Assembly (NCBI RefSeq): GCF_006345805.1
Contig: NC_043004.1
Coordinates: forward strand, 24,366,001-24,430,000
DNA length: 64,000 bases
Source of the DNA: Octopus sinensis
Taxonomy: Eukaryota
Direction of reading: 5' to 3'
Positions 12,114-26,337 of the stretch are shown piece by piece. Position numbers and translations under genes: made by a program. Within the stretch, counting starts at the first letter, position 1, and the number at the start of each line of letters is the position of its first letter. The notes beneath the pieces are model-generated. The model worked only from the letters and a program-made list of their open reading frames with translations. It was not told the origin of the DNA and ran no database searches.

Positions 12114-12205
12114 TATAATATATATGTATATGCATATACATATACATGTATACATACATACACATACATATACATACATACATATATACATACATATACA
12201 TACAT

Positions 12206-12236
<31 letters not shown>

Positions 12237-12265
12237 CATACATACATACATACATATAGGTATAT
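11995..12265. repeat. (TA)n/(TACA)n compound microsatellite
   Basis: Directly visible; source of several spurious ORFs. Confidence 0.95.
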
Positions 12266-12791
12266 AGGTGAAACTCATGGTTGTAAGGTTAACTGAGATT
12301 TTTATTCATTGAGGGTCCTACAGGCAACGTACAATGTAAGAATATCTCTTTCGTGATTTTGGTTTTGGTTGCCCTTTCCAGCATGTAAGGAATTCACATG
12401 GTGGTCTCCTCTCTTTGTATAAACTCTTATACACTTTGTTTTTTATATTTATATTCTTGTATTTTTATATGTTTATATTGTTTTATTGCCATAGCCTTAA
12501 CATTTTAGTCATCTTTATTATGCATTAATTTATTCCATATATTTCTGTTCATTCGACTTCATTCGTATTAATCTTTTAGGATTTATCACCTTTTATTCGT
12601 GTATATCTGTATATTTTGTACTGTTGGATTTTACAATTGGGTGCCCTATTGTTTTAATATATATTTATATTCGATTTTTGATAATTTGGGAATGATATAT
12701 ACTTGTTTTGACGGATTGGAGTGTTTGTTCATTATATCTTTGAATTTATATATGTGTGTGTGTGTCTATATATATGTGTGTATATGTATAC

Positions 12792-12867
<76 letters not shown>

Positions 12868-12889
12868 CGTATACATATGTATAAAATAT

Positions 12890-13265
12890 CGCAGGGGTGA
12901 CCGTGAGGTAAGAATCTTGTTTCTCAACCACATAGTCCTGAGTTCAATTCCACTGTGTAGCACCTTGGGCATCTACTATATCCTTGAGCCGAAGAAAGCC
13001 CTGTAAGTGGATTTCATAGATGTAAACTTACAGAAGTCCGTTGTACATATATATATATATGTATGTATGTATACGTATATGCGTACGTGTCTTCTTGCCT
13101 GTGTTTGTTCCCCACCACCGCTCGACAACTGGCATAAGACTACGACAGACTAAGTATCAGGTTTCAAAATTAAGTCCTGGGGGCGATTTGTTCAAACAAA
13201 ATCCTCCAAGGCAATGCCCCCGCATGACTGCAGTCAAAAATGACTGAAACAAGTAAAAGATAAAA
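12890..13265 (+). mobile_element. SINE family A, diverged near-full copy
   Basis: Head GGTAAGAATCTTG...GAGTTCAATTCC, CACCTTGGGCA, internal microsatellite, tail GCAGTCAAAAATGACTGAAACAAGTAAAAGA. Confidence 0.85.
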
Positions 13266-13757
13266 TATCAAAATATATATTGTTGTTAGTGATGGGAATA
13301 ACAACTAACAACTAGCACAATACGAAGTTATTTTATCAACTGATATCCACTGAAGTTACAGTACATCAGACCGATATCGCACCGTAGAACCACCAATTAA
13401 CTATGCTTAATAGGTTTTATTTTCACCTCTTTTTATTCCTTTGGTCATTGAAATATGTTCTCGGGGATATAGTGGAGGCAGGCAGCTGAGATTGGTTGCA
13501 GTAACATTTAAATAATGTCAATTAGAAATGTGAATTTTCAGACGATATATAGAAATTAATGCGCTTGCAGGTGAAAAACAGTTTTTACTGGAAAGCATAT
13601 CATGTATACATAATATATAAATATAATTCATCATTAATATATATTCTTAATAATTAAAACTACAGGGAAATTTGGATATAATGATAACTCATTAATGCCT
13701 CGCTTAATTCATTTTTTTATTCACTGATTATTTAACGTTCAGTGAAATGCATATATA

Positions 13758-13990
13758 CCTATTTCTTTATTACCCACAAGGGGCTAAACATAGAGGGGAC
13801 AAACAAGGACAGACACACGTATTAAGTCGATTACATCGACCCCAGTGCGTAACTGGTACTTAATTTATCGACCCCGAAAGGATGAAAGGCAAAGTCGACC
13901 TCGGCGGAATTTGAACTCAGAACGTAGCGGCAGACGAAATACCGCTCAGCATTTCGTCCGGCGCGCGAACGTTTCTGCTAGCTCGCCGCC
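13758..13990 (-). mobile_element. SINE family B, full length
   Basis: Minus strand GGCGGCGAGCTAGCAGAAACG...GAGTTCAAATTCCGCCGAGGTCGACTTTGCCTTTCATCCTTTCGGGGTCGATAAATTAAGTACC...AAAGAAATAGG. Confidence 0.9.
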
Positions 13991-14174
13991 TTTATGCATA
14001 TATACCATTTGTGTTTCTGTAGATTTGCTTGCATGTGTCTTTAAATGCCTATGCATATATAAATAGATGCATATATATGTGCATATGTCAATATACACAA
14101 ATGTGCATATGTGTGTGTTTGTATGTATATATACATGTATAATCATATATACTCTAGAATAAGGTAAATTTTTT

Positions 14175-14770
14175 TTGAGGTGGGGTAAATTCCTTGATGA
14201 TTTTTGGCAACTTGTCAAAATCATTAATTTGATACAAGTTGTTGTCTAATCGTTGCTCTATCACTTATTCTTTTTTTTTTCATATATGACATTTAAACAT
14301 CAATTGTTCATTCTTTATTTTATAGCAGTCATAATGAATGGTGGAAAAATTGCAATTTCATCCATTTCACACAACTATGGGAAAAAAGGAGTGAGTGAAA
14401 GTGCCGCGGCAAAAGAAATTAATGACGTAGAAGTCCCAAGAACTGTCAACGAACGTGTGGCGCACAACTGGTGCAAACGTTTCAAGGAAAGTGACTCCAG
14501 ACTCGAAGACAGACCGAAGTCAAGATCTTCTGTTGTGGACTATTAGACCTTGCTTCAAATAGTGGAACAACATCCAAGCACAAGCACATGTACATTGTCG
14601 GCAAAACTTGATCCTTCACAAATTATCATCAGCCCTTTGAACAGACGCTGTCAAAAGTTTCGTCACGAACTGACCAATGACCAGGCACAACGACGTGTGA
14701 ATATTTACCTACAACTGATGATAAATCCACAAGATACCCAGTTTGGGCGAAAAATGGATCTAGTTTGGTA
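14175..14770 (+). mobile_element. Mariner transposase 5' remnant
   Basis: SAAAKEINDV...VNERVAHNWCKRFKESDSRLEDRPKSR (Mos1/SETMAR-like HTH), then HELTNDQAQRRVNI; related to 61186-62110. Confidence 0.8.
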
Positions 14771-15175
14771 ATCTTAATAATACCTGTACACATGTATATT
14801 ATTCAAATATATCTTAATGGACACTTTGTGTTCTTTCTCTTAGCTCAATATATTTTAAAATATGCGGTTTATTTAAGGCATAAAGGTTTTCTATCTTTAT
14901 GCATAAGATAAGGTCCTTCAGCTGCTGAAGTTAAAGTCGATCAATTGCCATAGTGATGGAAGTCATTGAACGAATTAGACATATCCACAACGGTCCTCTT
15001 CTCACCAGGCAATAAACCTGATGTTTGGCATTCCTTAATGGCATTTACTTTTGGAGAAATTCTTGAATATTAAGATTCACAATAGGAACTAGACTCAGTT
15101 GCCATTTGGCAATTATGATACGTCCTCGAGACGGAGATAATTTCAAGAATTTATTATATATGGTATTTCAAACAC

Positions 15176-15221
<46 letters not shown>

Positions 15222-15639
15222 ATGTGTGTGTATGTATATATATATTAATGGTAATGGTATGACAGCAAAAGAATAATTGAGACCTCGATATTATGTAAAT
15301 AGAGGAATTTATCTGTAATATATGTGACAATTTTTATGGCAACTGAATAATTGTCACTTATTATATTACAGATATATATACACACACACATATAAACATA
15401 TGCATATTTAAGGTTATATGTATCGATATATTTATGCACACACATATACACACACACACACATGGATACATATATGCGTATACACACTGTATATATGCAT
15501 AGATGTGTATGAATATATGTATGTAAGTATGCATCAAAACGGAATTAAATATATTCTTTGTTATTTGTGAATGCTCAGAATGATAGAAAATAGAACAGTT
15601 GTAGCGTTTCGGACGCACGTTCTACATCAACAAATAAAA

Positions 15640-16046
15640 CGACACGAGAGGAAACAGATAAAAAGAGATAAACAAAAGATCTTAAAACGTTACAAAGGAC
15701 AAACACTTCCTACTGCGAGTCTCAAACAATAAAGAAACGTAGTGTGATTGTGTGTGTATGCGGTTGTTTATCGTGTGTGTGTTTCTATATCTTTTGATGG
15801 ACTGTTGTGCGTGTATATTGCGGAGTACGCTTCTGTTGTGTAGCGGCATGTGTATCAGCCTGTGGCATGAATGTGGGTATATGTGTGCGCTGTGTGTGTG
15901 TCTTTGTGTGCGCTGTGTGTGTGTCTTTGTGTGCGCGCGCATGTGCACACTTCTTGTTCTGTGATTATATATGAAAACTGAATGCATGTATGTTTCTTCA
16001 TTGATGTGTTCATGTGTTTGTCTCTGTATGTATGGAGATAGGGAGA

Positions 16047-16077
<31 letters not shown>

Positions 16078-16400
16078 TAAGAGAGAGTTTTGTCTGGAAG
16101 TGCGGGTTTGTCTTGATTTTTTAGTGCAGTTGTGGTGGTGTTGTGAGATAGGATTTTGGATGAAAATTTTGGGTCTTATACGTGAAAATGCGCGCGCATC
16201 TGTGTGTGCGCGCGCACGAAAATTTATATGTGTGGGTATGTGTGTGTCTATGTGTGTGCATGTGTAAGTGCATGTGTGTATGAATGTGTGCATGTGCGTG
16301 TGTCTGTGTATGCCTGGGTACGTATAATTGTATATGTGTATATGAGTGTGTATATGCGCGTGTGTGCATGGGGATATGTAAGTGTATACACTTGCGTCAG
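15640..16400. repeat. Degenerate (GT)n/(GA)n low-complexity tract
   Basis: Directly visible; produces the His/Thr-rich 203-aa artefact ORF. Confidence 0.85.
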
Positions 16401-17094
16401 AAATTAATTAGCACTTCTCAAATTTCTACATTAAATAGGTTAAATCAATTAACCTATGAGCTGTTCAAAACGTCTTACGCGATGAGAAAACTTAGTATGG
16501 TGTGTTTCGGTCCTTGCGAGGCGCTACCTATATCTATTAAACAAAGGAAGATTTGTCTGCACCGCACTCCAAGTTGTTGTTGCACTGCTATGTCAACATC
16601 ATAAGGCTGTAGACTCTCAAACTGCTCTGCAAACAAAGTTACGTCATCGTTCTGCGCAACAGTGAACTCGCAACAAAGCAATAGTTCGAGATATGGCCAC
16701 TAGGTGACAGCACATACCTTGAGTGAAGAGCAAATCAAGGGTGCTAATTAATTTCTGACGGTAGTGTATGTGTTTGTGTAAGTGTATAAGTATGTATATG
16801 TGTGTGTATGTGTGTGAGTGTGGAGTTCTGTTGTTCAGTATGCTGTTGTGTCGTTATGTGTACATATGCATGTGTATTTGCATATGAGTTTGTACGGAAA
16901 GGTTTACCTGAATTGTAAATGTGTGCGAAAATTGAATGTATGTATGTTTATTGCGTGAATATGTGCGTACGTTAGTCGTAGTATGTGTGTATATATTTGG
17001 TTTTTGGTTTTTTTCTTCATTGAAAATCACTTCCAAATGGCAGCAAGCACCCACCATTGAGACATATCTCAAAATAACCACCTAGAATGTTGAA

Positions 17095-17530
17095 AAGTCA
17101 GAGAAGAATCTTAGAAGCTGGCCTAAGAATATTAAACTGTTTAGCATGAGATTTAAAAGAACAGGGAACGAATTTTTCTGAGAAACAAGGAAGAGAATTC
17201 CACAAGACAGATTTTCAAGTACAGAGACCCTTTTTAGTGGAGGTAACAACAGTGATTTGACGTGAAAGGATGTGAATCGATTTGTTATATTAAGGGCAAA
17301 GACAAGAAACGAATTTTTGGTAGAAACTGGGCCGTAGAATTATTCATGGAATAGATATACCGAAACAATGTCCTGGTTATGTAAGATGGGTTGCAGTTTA
17401 GCTTCCGAAGCATAGCCATTCATAGAACCTCGTCAAATAAATACGGAGAGCAATAAACGTTCATCAGAACGTGGATGTAATTTCAGAAAAGCAACTAACA
17501 ATCCGCTGAATAAGAAATGCATTGAAAAAG
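17095..17530 (-). mobile_element. CR1/Jockey-group LINE 3' remnant
   Basis: Minus-strand frames give SLFRYI, SHPFT and LWNSLP, typical of the RT C-terminal tail; heavily degraded. Confidence 0.5.
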
Positions 17531-17729
17531 AAATGCCGTCGAAAAACACTCACAGAAATATTTATCACCATCAAACACGGTCTACGGGCGGTAAGTGAAA
17601 GACTTCGTCATAGCAAAATATTACATGAACCAAAAATGATATACCGAAAGTTACCCTGAAACCCACAAGTTGTATATCACAGTATGAAAGGCGATACTAT
17701 CAAGGCATCTTAGTCGACAACCGATTCTA

Positions 17730-18200
17730 TGACTTATAATACACAGCACATTTACTCGTTAAAGCATTTATAGAAACACTACTCAAACTTGTTTTCAAAG
17801 CTTGTGACCTAAATGATCGTGGAGCGGACAATACCACACTAAAATTGCACATTCGGGAAATGGCAAGGAAACAAACTGAGGGAGGCAGCAGAGTGCAGCT
17901 TTTGCACAAGCAAAATCTAAAGTTATTAAGTATTCCGATATACACCATAAAACATCTTGCCCACATACCAAGAAATCTAACTTAAAGCGTTGGATAACAC
18001 GTCTGCCTCTCGCATAATCGAACAGTAGTCCAGTTAACCAGCTTGTCTTCTTACTCTAGCCTCTTCATACGTTTCTCAGAAGAGAACACGGACAGGTAAG
18101 CTAGATAAATTCAACTCTATGTTATTGCAACATACTATACTGATTCCTTTTCCGTAGCACGTACCCATATTTCAAGTACATTTCCTGCGCTCTGTAGTCA
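17730..18200 (-). mobile_element. Possible CR1-like LINE 3' remnant
   Basis: Fragmentary TYEE, RG..IQRFK and GHKL motifs across frameshifts. Confidence 0.3.
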
Positions 18201-19404
18201 CAACAATCTTTTGCGAAGGAAAGCTACCCACACACAAGAAGACTAACAGTCACCCATTTCAAGCATGGAGGTAATTCTTGGCCCCGATACACACACCCAG
18301 ACACTTGATGTTCACGTGTTGATGCTTAATAAGTCAACTATCACAAACTTTATGTATATGAGACGTAACCTCATGGATAAATGTGTGGAATGGAAGCTAT
18401 ATCTCAATTCCGTGTGTGTGTGTGTGTGTGTGTGCGTGAAAAGACGCTTTTAATATAATGAATTGCAAAATTCAGTTCATATATAAATATTTCGTTGTTT
18501 AAACCATGCAAGAAATATAAACAAATATTTAGATTAAGTAGTTTTTCAACAAAAATAAGTGTATGTAAAAAAGTAATTATAGCTAAGGACAGAGTTAAAT
18601 TGGGCGCTCCGAGATATTTCCACCGACTGGCGAGAAACATTAATTATAAGATTTTTCTAGATTTCTTTGTCAATGTGATAAAAAAATCAAGTATCTATCG
18701 ATTCAATAGAATTTGCTTTAAGGTGTCTTGTTATAATTTGACAATCAGAAATTGTGTAAATAACAACCGCGCATATCACCATTTATTTAGTGTATAAAGG
18801 ATTTTAACGATTTCATTATAATATGTACGCGTTTATGTGTGAGCATGTGTAAGCATGTGTGTAAATGTGTGTGAGTTTAAGTTTTCAAATAAGAAAAAAA
18901 AGTGTGCGATACAGAAGTGGAGCAGGATTAGCAAAGATACTAGCGAAACTGGAAATAGCCGCATCTCTACAATAAATATTATGTATACCTATGTATTAAT
19001 ATTTATGCACACACATACATATATGAGTGTGTGTGTGTATAGATATATAGATATACGCGTGTGTGTTTGTGTATGTGTGTGTGCGTGCGTGTGTGTTTGT
19101 ATGTATATATGTGTTTTCTTTCAGTGTAATTTAAGCACTTGAGAGAGTTGAAGTCGGTCGCAAAAACAGACAATATGACTTTTTCAGTTAAGAGAGTCCC
19201 CAGTGTTTTTAAATATGTGGGTTGACTTGGTGTGTTGGTTGAACTGTTAATGCATACACCTAAGTGTGTGCACCTATTCACATAAGAATCTCTCTGGAGA
19301 ATTTTTGGAATGTCTTGCAAATCTTCACTGTACTCATAATAGCTTAGATTTGGAAAATTTGCGTCAGTTTCCTACACGCTTTTTCCATGAAACCGAGTAT
19401 TCAA

Positions 19405-19572
19405 GCTGTATCGGCCTTTGCTTTTCCCTTGGGTAACATCGGTGGCGTGGAGAGGGACGCTGGTATGCATGGACGACTGCTGGTCTTCCATAAACAATCT
19501 TGCCCGGACTTGTGGCTCGGAGGGTAACTTTCGAGTGTAATCCCATGATCATTCGTGACCGAAGGGGGTCTC
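19405..19572 (+). mobile_element. SINE family D, 3' fragment
   Basis: AAGCTGTATCGGCCTTTGCTTTTCCCTTGG...GCTGGTATGCATGG...CTTGCCC matches 56735-56830 (minus). Confidence 0.8.
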
Positions 19573-19854
19573 CGATACATATGTAGATGCTACACTGTAC
19601 CGTCAGTCATAATTCGTGACGATTGAGTTTTTCCGATGTATGTATGTATGTATGTATGTATGTACATATGTGTCTATGTATTTATGTATGTACATATGTA
19701 TGTATTATATTTGATCAACACGTAGAAAACTATTTACTGATGTTGAATTCTATACGTTCAGATAATTTCTTTGGTTTGCCATATGTAAGTCTGTGAATGT
19801 GTGTGAGTGCATGAGTGTCTATATACTCTTTTCTTCATTTTACAATTTAAATAG

Positions 19855-20281
<427 letters not shown>

Positions 20282-21734
20282 TTCGTTTTTATAAAATATC
20301 CATGAAATTATATTTTACTGCGTATACACACATATATTTACAGATAGTCATTTATTCTATGTATATGTATATGTATATGCGCACATACATACGTACATAG
20401 TTATATACATACATACATAAGTACGTACCTACACAAATATAAATACAATTTATTTGGCTGCTTTCATAGTACAGTCAATACTATATTACAACCTTGCTTC
20501 CTTATCAACAACAAAAAAATCATAGAAATCTAAAAACATACTTTTGATGCAAGTAATTTATTTTAAAATTGAAAATACATACTTTATTTATGAATTATTT
20601 ATTCTTCTTCCAAAAAATGTATACAATCTAAATCATTGAAAATTATATTTAGATCCAATTTCCGTTCGAAAACGTCCCAAAAGAACATTTCCAGATACTT
20701 CGGCAAGTACAGGGATTTCTTCTCATTACATGTTTCCTTATAAGATTTTGAGAAATATATTCTTTTCGATGTGTGCGTATTCGTGCGCCAATACGCACAC
20801 TTCGTATCAGATCTTTATACAATGGACGCCTTTCCTGATGATGGTAAAATTGAATGACCAATCAGTATTAATTATTTCACTGTGTAACGAAAATTATTTT
20901 GTTGTTTTATTCTATTGTTTTTTGTTTGCTTGTTTTTATCTTTGATCAGTAAGAGTTATTTTCTATTTGCTTCTCTCTAGAAATCAAAGGAGATGACTTC
21001 TATTCTCTTCAGACTTTGCTTTTTTGAACTGGACATCAATGATCTCAAACTGACCTATTTTCTATTACAATTCAGACATATTCAGTAATGAGTTACCGAA
21101 ACAGAAATATCGTTACAGCCAGTATTCTGCTCAACACCTCATATTTATTTATCTATTGCTTCATCTCAACCACTTGAACATATCTTTTAATGGGGGAATA
21201 TCTTACACTTATTTTGAGAAGGATGATTCTTCGAGATTTGAATAAATTTTATAAAAGCAAATTTTGAAGGAAATATTAGCCATTTTTCATACTCTTTAGG
21301 GGTAAGCAAATAGGAAATAACAGTTGCCATCCAAGGACAATAATTATGTTATACAGTGCTATTTATTTATTATGATCCTCATTTTATACCTAATCTTCAT
21401 CGATCGCAAACATGTATGGACTGGTAAGGATGAGAGTTTGAGCAATTAGATAATGTCACAAACTAAAATACAAATCAGTTTTATTTCTTTTATTTCTTTT
21501 ACCTGTTTTATTCGTCAGACGGCTGCGACACATGCTACCTACCTGTCTGTCTGTCTACCTACCTATCTATCTATCTATCTATCTATCTTCTTTTTTTATT
21601 TCTTTATTTTATTTATTTATTTTTTTTTATTCTTTTCTTCCCTTTTACGATCCCTCTTGATCGAAAACCTATGCCACCCCTTTTTTTGTTTCTTTTGTTT
21701 TTTGTTTTTTTCAGCCCCCAAAAGAAAAGCTCTA

Positions 21735-21785
21735 CCTTGTAACTTGTCCCATCTGTGTGCAGCCCCGTGTGGCCAATAAAGAAAC

Positions 21786-21871
<86 letters not shown>

Positions 21872-21890
21872 GTATGTCTGTCTATCTATT
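21735..21890 (+). mobile_element. SINE family B 3' tail followed by (TCTA)n
   Basis: CCTTGTAACTTGTCCCATCTGTGTGCAGCCCCGTGTGGCCAATAAAGAAA resembles the family B tail. Confidence 0.6.
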
Positions 21891-24011
21891 TACGTATGTA
21901 TGTTGTAGATATGTTAGATATGCCTACAACTTCATGGAAATCTCCGTATATCCAACTGCCAATGAAGTATTGGACATAATGTCCTCTAGGTCTTGTATAC
22001 ATTTAGAGAATCCCAGAACAGAACAAAAGAGAAGATTTATTTAAACACCTCATCATTAAATCATCTTTGTTGTGATATTAAAGAATTTGATTAAATCACT
22101 TTTTCTTTTATTCTGTTCTCGAATATACAATCTACAAATTATTGGATAATCGAAGAAACTGGCTGCCAGGAGCCAAAATTGCCCAGTCTGCTATAGTTCT
22201 TCTCAAATTACGTTCGTTTAACTTCAGAACCAATTCTGAAATGCATCTCTAGCGAACTCAATCAAGAAACAGCAGACCAAGCATTGGTCGTGGTGTGAAT
22301 GACTAAAATCTTTCAAAATAGAAAAAGAATTAAGATAACTAAATTCAAAGTTTCAGATCCGTAATATTAATTTAATTTATATCCATCAAAGACACGCACA
22401 AAATTGTGGATAGAATCCTTAGATGGAGTTAAATTTCGAATAAAATTAAAACGTTTCTTTCTAAGGACAGGGAATAGTTTTTGATAATTAAATTCTAAAA
22501 GATTTATATTTTTCAAAGAATTTTAAAATGCCTTCTTTTATCTTCTGTGTTCTCTGTCTCCCATATTCTCTCTCCCTCTTTTTTCTCTGTCGCTCTCTCT
22601 CTCTCTCTGTCTCTCTCTCAATCTCTCTTGCTCTCTCTCTCTTATTTGTGCACACTTGATCACACACAAATACGCAAGCACGTGCACGCGCAAACGTTAC
22701 AATTGTATGATGAAATAACCCTACGCAAGCAATTGTTCATACATTCGATTTTCCTATGTAAAATAACAACCCTTCTCTGCTAAGCTGGAATCTGTCACTA
22801 TTTGTTCTGCTTCTGTATCTCAATTTCCAGGTATTTATACCTGATAGAAATGAATATTTCAACAATCTCGGTATTATTATCTCCTGTTTTCAACCTCTTC
22901 CTACAGTGGGTAATCTTCACGCTGATATGTATTGGCAATGTAATCTTTTTAGGAGATTTATGATTTTTTTTCTATTATTCGTGGACAAATATGCCTGAAA
23001 TGCGTGAGTTTACCAAATGAAATCACTAATGATTATCAGTAAATCACTGAGATGTGTGATGAAAGCAAAGTATGTGCAGAAATCCTGCTTTATAGAATGA
23101 ATTTGCGACCGAATGTAAATCATAACAATTCCTGCTGAAATATGACAACAATTGATTCTGTGATTCATGCGTACCAGAGCTCTTTCACAGAACACGTCTT
23201 TTGCATCACAAGTTAACACACTCCGAATCCGGTATTCTATCTTCTGTTATTGTATTTTACATTCTGTACGTAACCTATGTCACATGAGTGTGATAGTTCT
23301 TAAAGACTTCCCGAAAACACTTCTCACTGAAAATGATTCATACAATTATATTGAAATTATATTACTGTAGCCGTATAAACACAATGTTATATTACATCGT
23401 GAAATCAATAAACATCTTGAAATTAGAAGATTTAACTCCGTCCAAGCTGAAACTAAATAAGATTTTTCGATATTCAAGTAGGTTAGTAATCAAGGTTTGG
23501 TTCAATTAGAGTCGGATGTTCGTCATTGACGATAACTATAGAATGGAACTTATCCATTACATCTTTCTGCAATGTGCAAAGTGAACTAAATTGATAAGCT
23601 TATACGGATTTGCTTAACTTGCTAGAGATAGTTGTCTAATTCACTGCAGATTACTAAATCAGGTTGTGAAGTAAAGGAGTGTGCATTGCAAACTGTGGTT
23701 CTAGACACCCTACATTTGATTAAAAGGTAGGATAGTCATTGAATTATTGATGTTCTCCATCAGAGTAAACTGTGAGGGTGGGTGGAAAAGATCATAGGTT
23801 GTCTATGAAGAAGGGATGCTAAAACTGTAAAATCTGACATGCATTAATCTCTCATCTCTTTATTAATAGAAGCATTGTTGTTTTCCAGATAAAAAAAAGA
23901 CTTCAAATGTAACTAATAAAGTTTACACTTGAAAATGGACAGAATTTGACATCGTGCTGTTATCAAGTACCTGTAGAAAAAGGTTTTTGCTTCCGAGGAC
24001 ATTCATTCTAA

Positions 24012-24161
24012 CATCAGGGTTCACCACCCCCACCCCGTCGGAGCCTCGTGGAGCTTAAGTGCTTTTGCTCAATAAACATTCACAATGCCCAGTCTGGGAA
24101 TCGAAATCACGTTCTTACGACCGCGAACCCGCTACCCTAACCACTGAGCCATTGCGCCTCC
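24012..24161 (-). mobile_element. SINE family C, 5' part (tRNA-like head)
   Basis: Minus strand GGAGGCGCAATGGCTCAGTGGTTAGGG (A box)...TTTCGATTCCCAGAC (B box)...GCTCCACGAGGCTCC. Confidence 0.75.
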
Positions 24162-24163
24162 AT

Positions 24164-24352
24164 TTGGCTGTTGATGACTGATTTTCTTGACCAACTAGAT
24201 GAAAGCTTCTTCACCAATGGGACCCAAGCATTGCAACACTGATGGAAGCAGTGTATGGACTGTAATGAGGACTATGTCGAAAAATAAACCTCATTTTGTC
24301 ACATTCGATGGGAGTAGCTTGATCAGCCTATGGACTTTTCAGCCGACCATCG
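24164..24352 (+). mobile_element. Mariner (irritans-like) 3' end with TIR
   Basis: Homologous to 63705-63882; ends ACTTTTCAGCCGACCATCG|TA. Confidence 0.8.
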
Positions 24353-24724
24353 TAAATGAAAACTGCAACAGTGTGCAAAACAAATTTCTCTATTATATCT
24401 ATATACACTATAATGCAATATACAGTATTAATCGAACAGACCCTGATTTTGAAATTGGTTAATTTGCATACAATATGATTAAGATAGTTTCGTCCTTTAC
24501 CTTTTCAAGTCCATTAATAGAGATTAAACATATTCTGCTTTAGAAATGTGTTAATTTGTACCTGTGCCTGTTAAATAAAACCATATTATTTACTTTTCCT
24601 TCGCTTAAAGTTTTAAGTGGGTTAATGAATATTGAATAGAACCTGCTTTAGAAGTATATTAATTCGAATCTCTTCTCTTTCTTCGTTTTTTATTCTATAT
24701 TTTAAATATATATTAAAACAGTGT

Positions 24725-24792
24725 TCAGAAAACCGTAAAATCCAGAAATCCGGGTTACTTCCGGTCCCAAGCTTGCTGGATAATTGGTCCTG
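24725..24792 (-). mobile_element. Tigger-like terminal fragment
   Basis: Minus strand TA|CAGG...TTATCCAGCAAGCTTGGGACCGGAAGT...CGGATTT resembles Tigger4/Zombi-type ends (from recollection). Confidence 0.45.
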
Positions 24793-25368
24793 TAATGCAT
24801 TATTATAATTTTATTTTAAAGAGAATCACCAAGTTCTTTTTCAGAGACAAAGTTTTCATTCAAATATTAGTTAAAACGTATATTTCAAATAAGGGACCAG
24901 ACATAATATAAAACAGTATACTCAAAACTTACCCAGAAAGTTTGTCCCGCGTTCTATCTATTCAACCAAAATATGTATGATTTATTTTCTGTGAGTATTA
25001 TATTTATATTTCATGATGTATTCATATTTTCTACACATATCATCTGGGAGCGAAATATCTACTGCAAAATATCTTGTTTATATTATACAACAGAATTTAT
25101 GCGAACATTTCATCAACTTTGCGATCCGTATTTTTGTTCTGCGTGAAAATCAATTTCCCCGAAATGCTGGAAAGGCTATATTCAATTCTAACATAAGGCC
25201 ATACCTCTCAAACAATATAACACGTTATTATAAGTGTGAGTACATATGTTACGTATATACGTACTGTTCATTACAAATATACTATTATATTTGTGTGTAT
25301 ATATATATATACACTCAAATACACATATATAATATATATATATTATTTATACATCCAGCCATCCAGCC

Positions 25369-25415
<47 letters not shown>

Positions 25416-26337
25416 TATACATATATATATATATTATAATATATATCTACATATAAATATACGTGTACGTCTACACATGGATCGATGGATGAATGGATGA
25501 AGAGAGGGAGGGGTGATAGATTGATGGATGGATGGATGGAAGTGTTTCCATAGCTGGCAGTCAATAAATGCCGTAGAAAAGTTACTGAAAATGAAATCTG
25601 CGTTGAATTGGCAATAATAAAACCTTTGATATCCAAACGAAAAGTTTTGTCAACAGGAATTACAGCCTACCTCAAGATCCATTCCCACCCATTCTTAATT
25701 CATGGAATATATTCGATCTTACTTCCTCCTATCCAAAGAGATTTGTGGACAAACTCTGCATGATTTTTTTCGGGGGGGGGGGATAGAAAACTTGTTTTCC
25801 TAGCAATTACACAGAATACATGGGAACCATGACAATAATTTCTGGTACAATGCAAGGAATTAATTGTTTTCGGATTTTTTAATAAGAACTCTTATGACTA
25901 AACTACACACTTAAGGTATTTCCAGAGTAAAAAGCTTAGAAGAAAGAATGGCTTCGTTTCCCATCGTGTAATCCGTTACTGATGGTTTTGTCAGAGAAGG
26001 AAAGTCAAACCTCATGACCGTTTTCTGAGGCTCTAAGAATGACGAGAAAAATACGGAAGTAATTCTCAGACACAAATCCTAGTTCAAATGCCTACTGTTG
26101 AGTGGACTCTATTGAATGTACCCATGGAGAAGCTTCGTAAGTCAAGCTGGGTAAAGTGTCAAGTCTTAGAACCTAACTCGAGGAACGGCTACCTGTTTGA
26201 CATCAAACTCTTATTTTCTATCAAATTTCGCATAGAAGGTTTTAGCTCTGCCGAAACTAAGGTAGAAGACATTCTTCCAAGAGGTGTCACAGTTAACTAC
26301 ATAGCCATGCTTAAGACGGTTAGGAGTCAGAAGTATT

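Noticed and set aside
16475-16681. Minus ORF with NDDVTLFAEQFESLQ resembling the RT YADD region
   Set aside because: Single weak motif with no flanking RT motifs.
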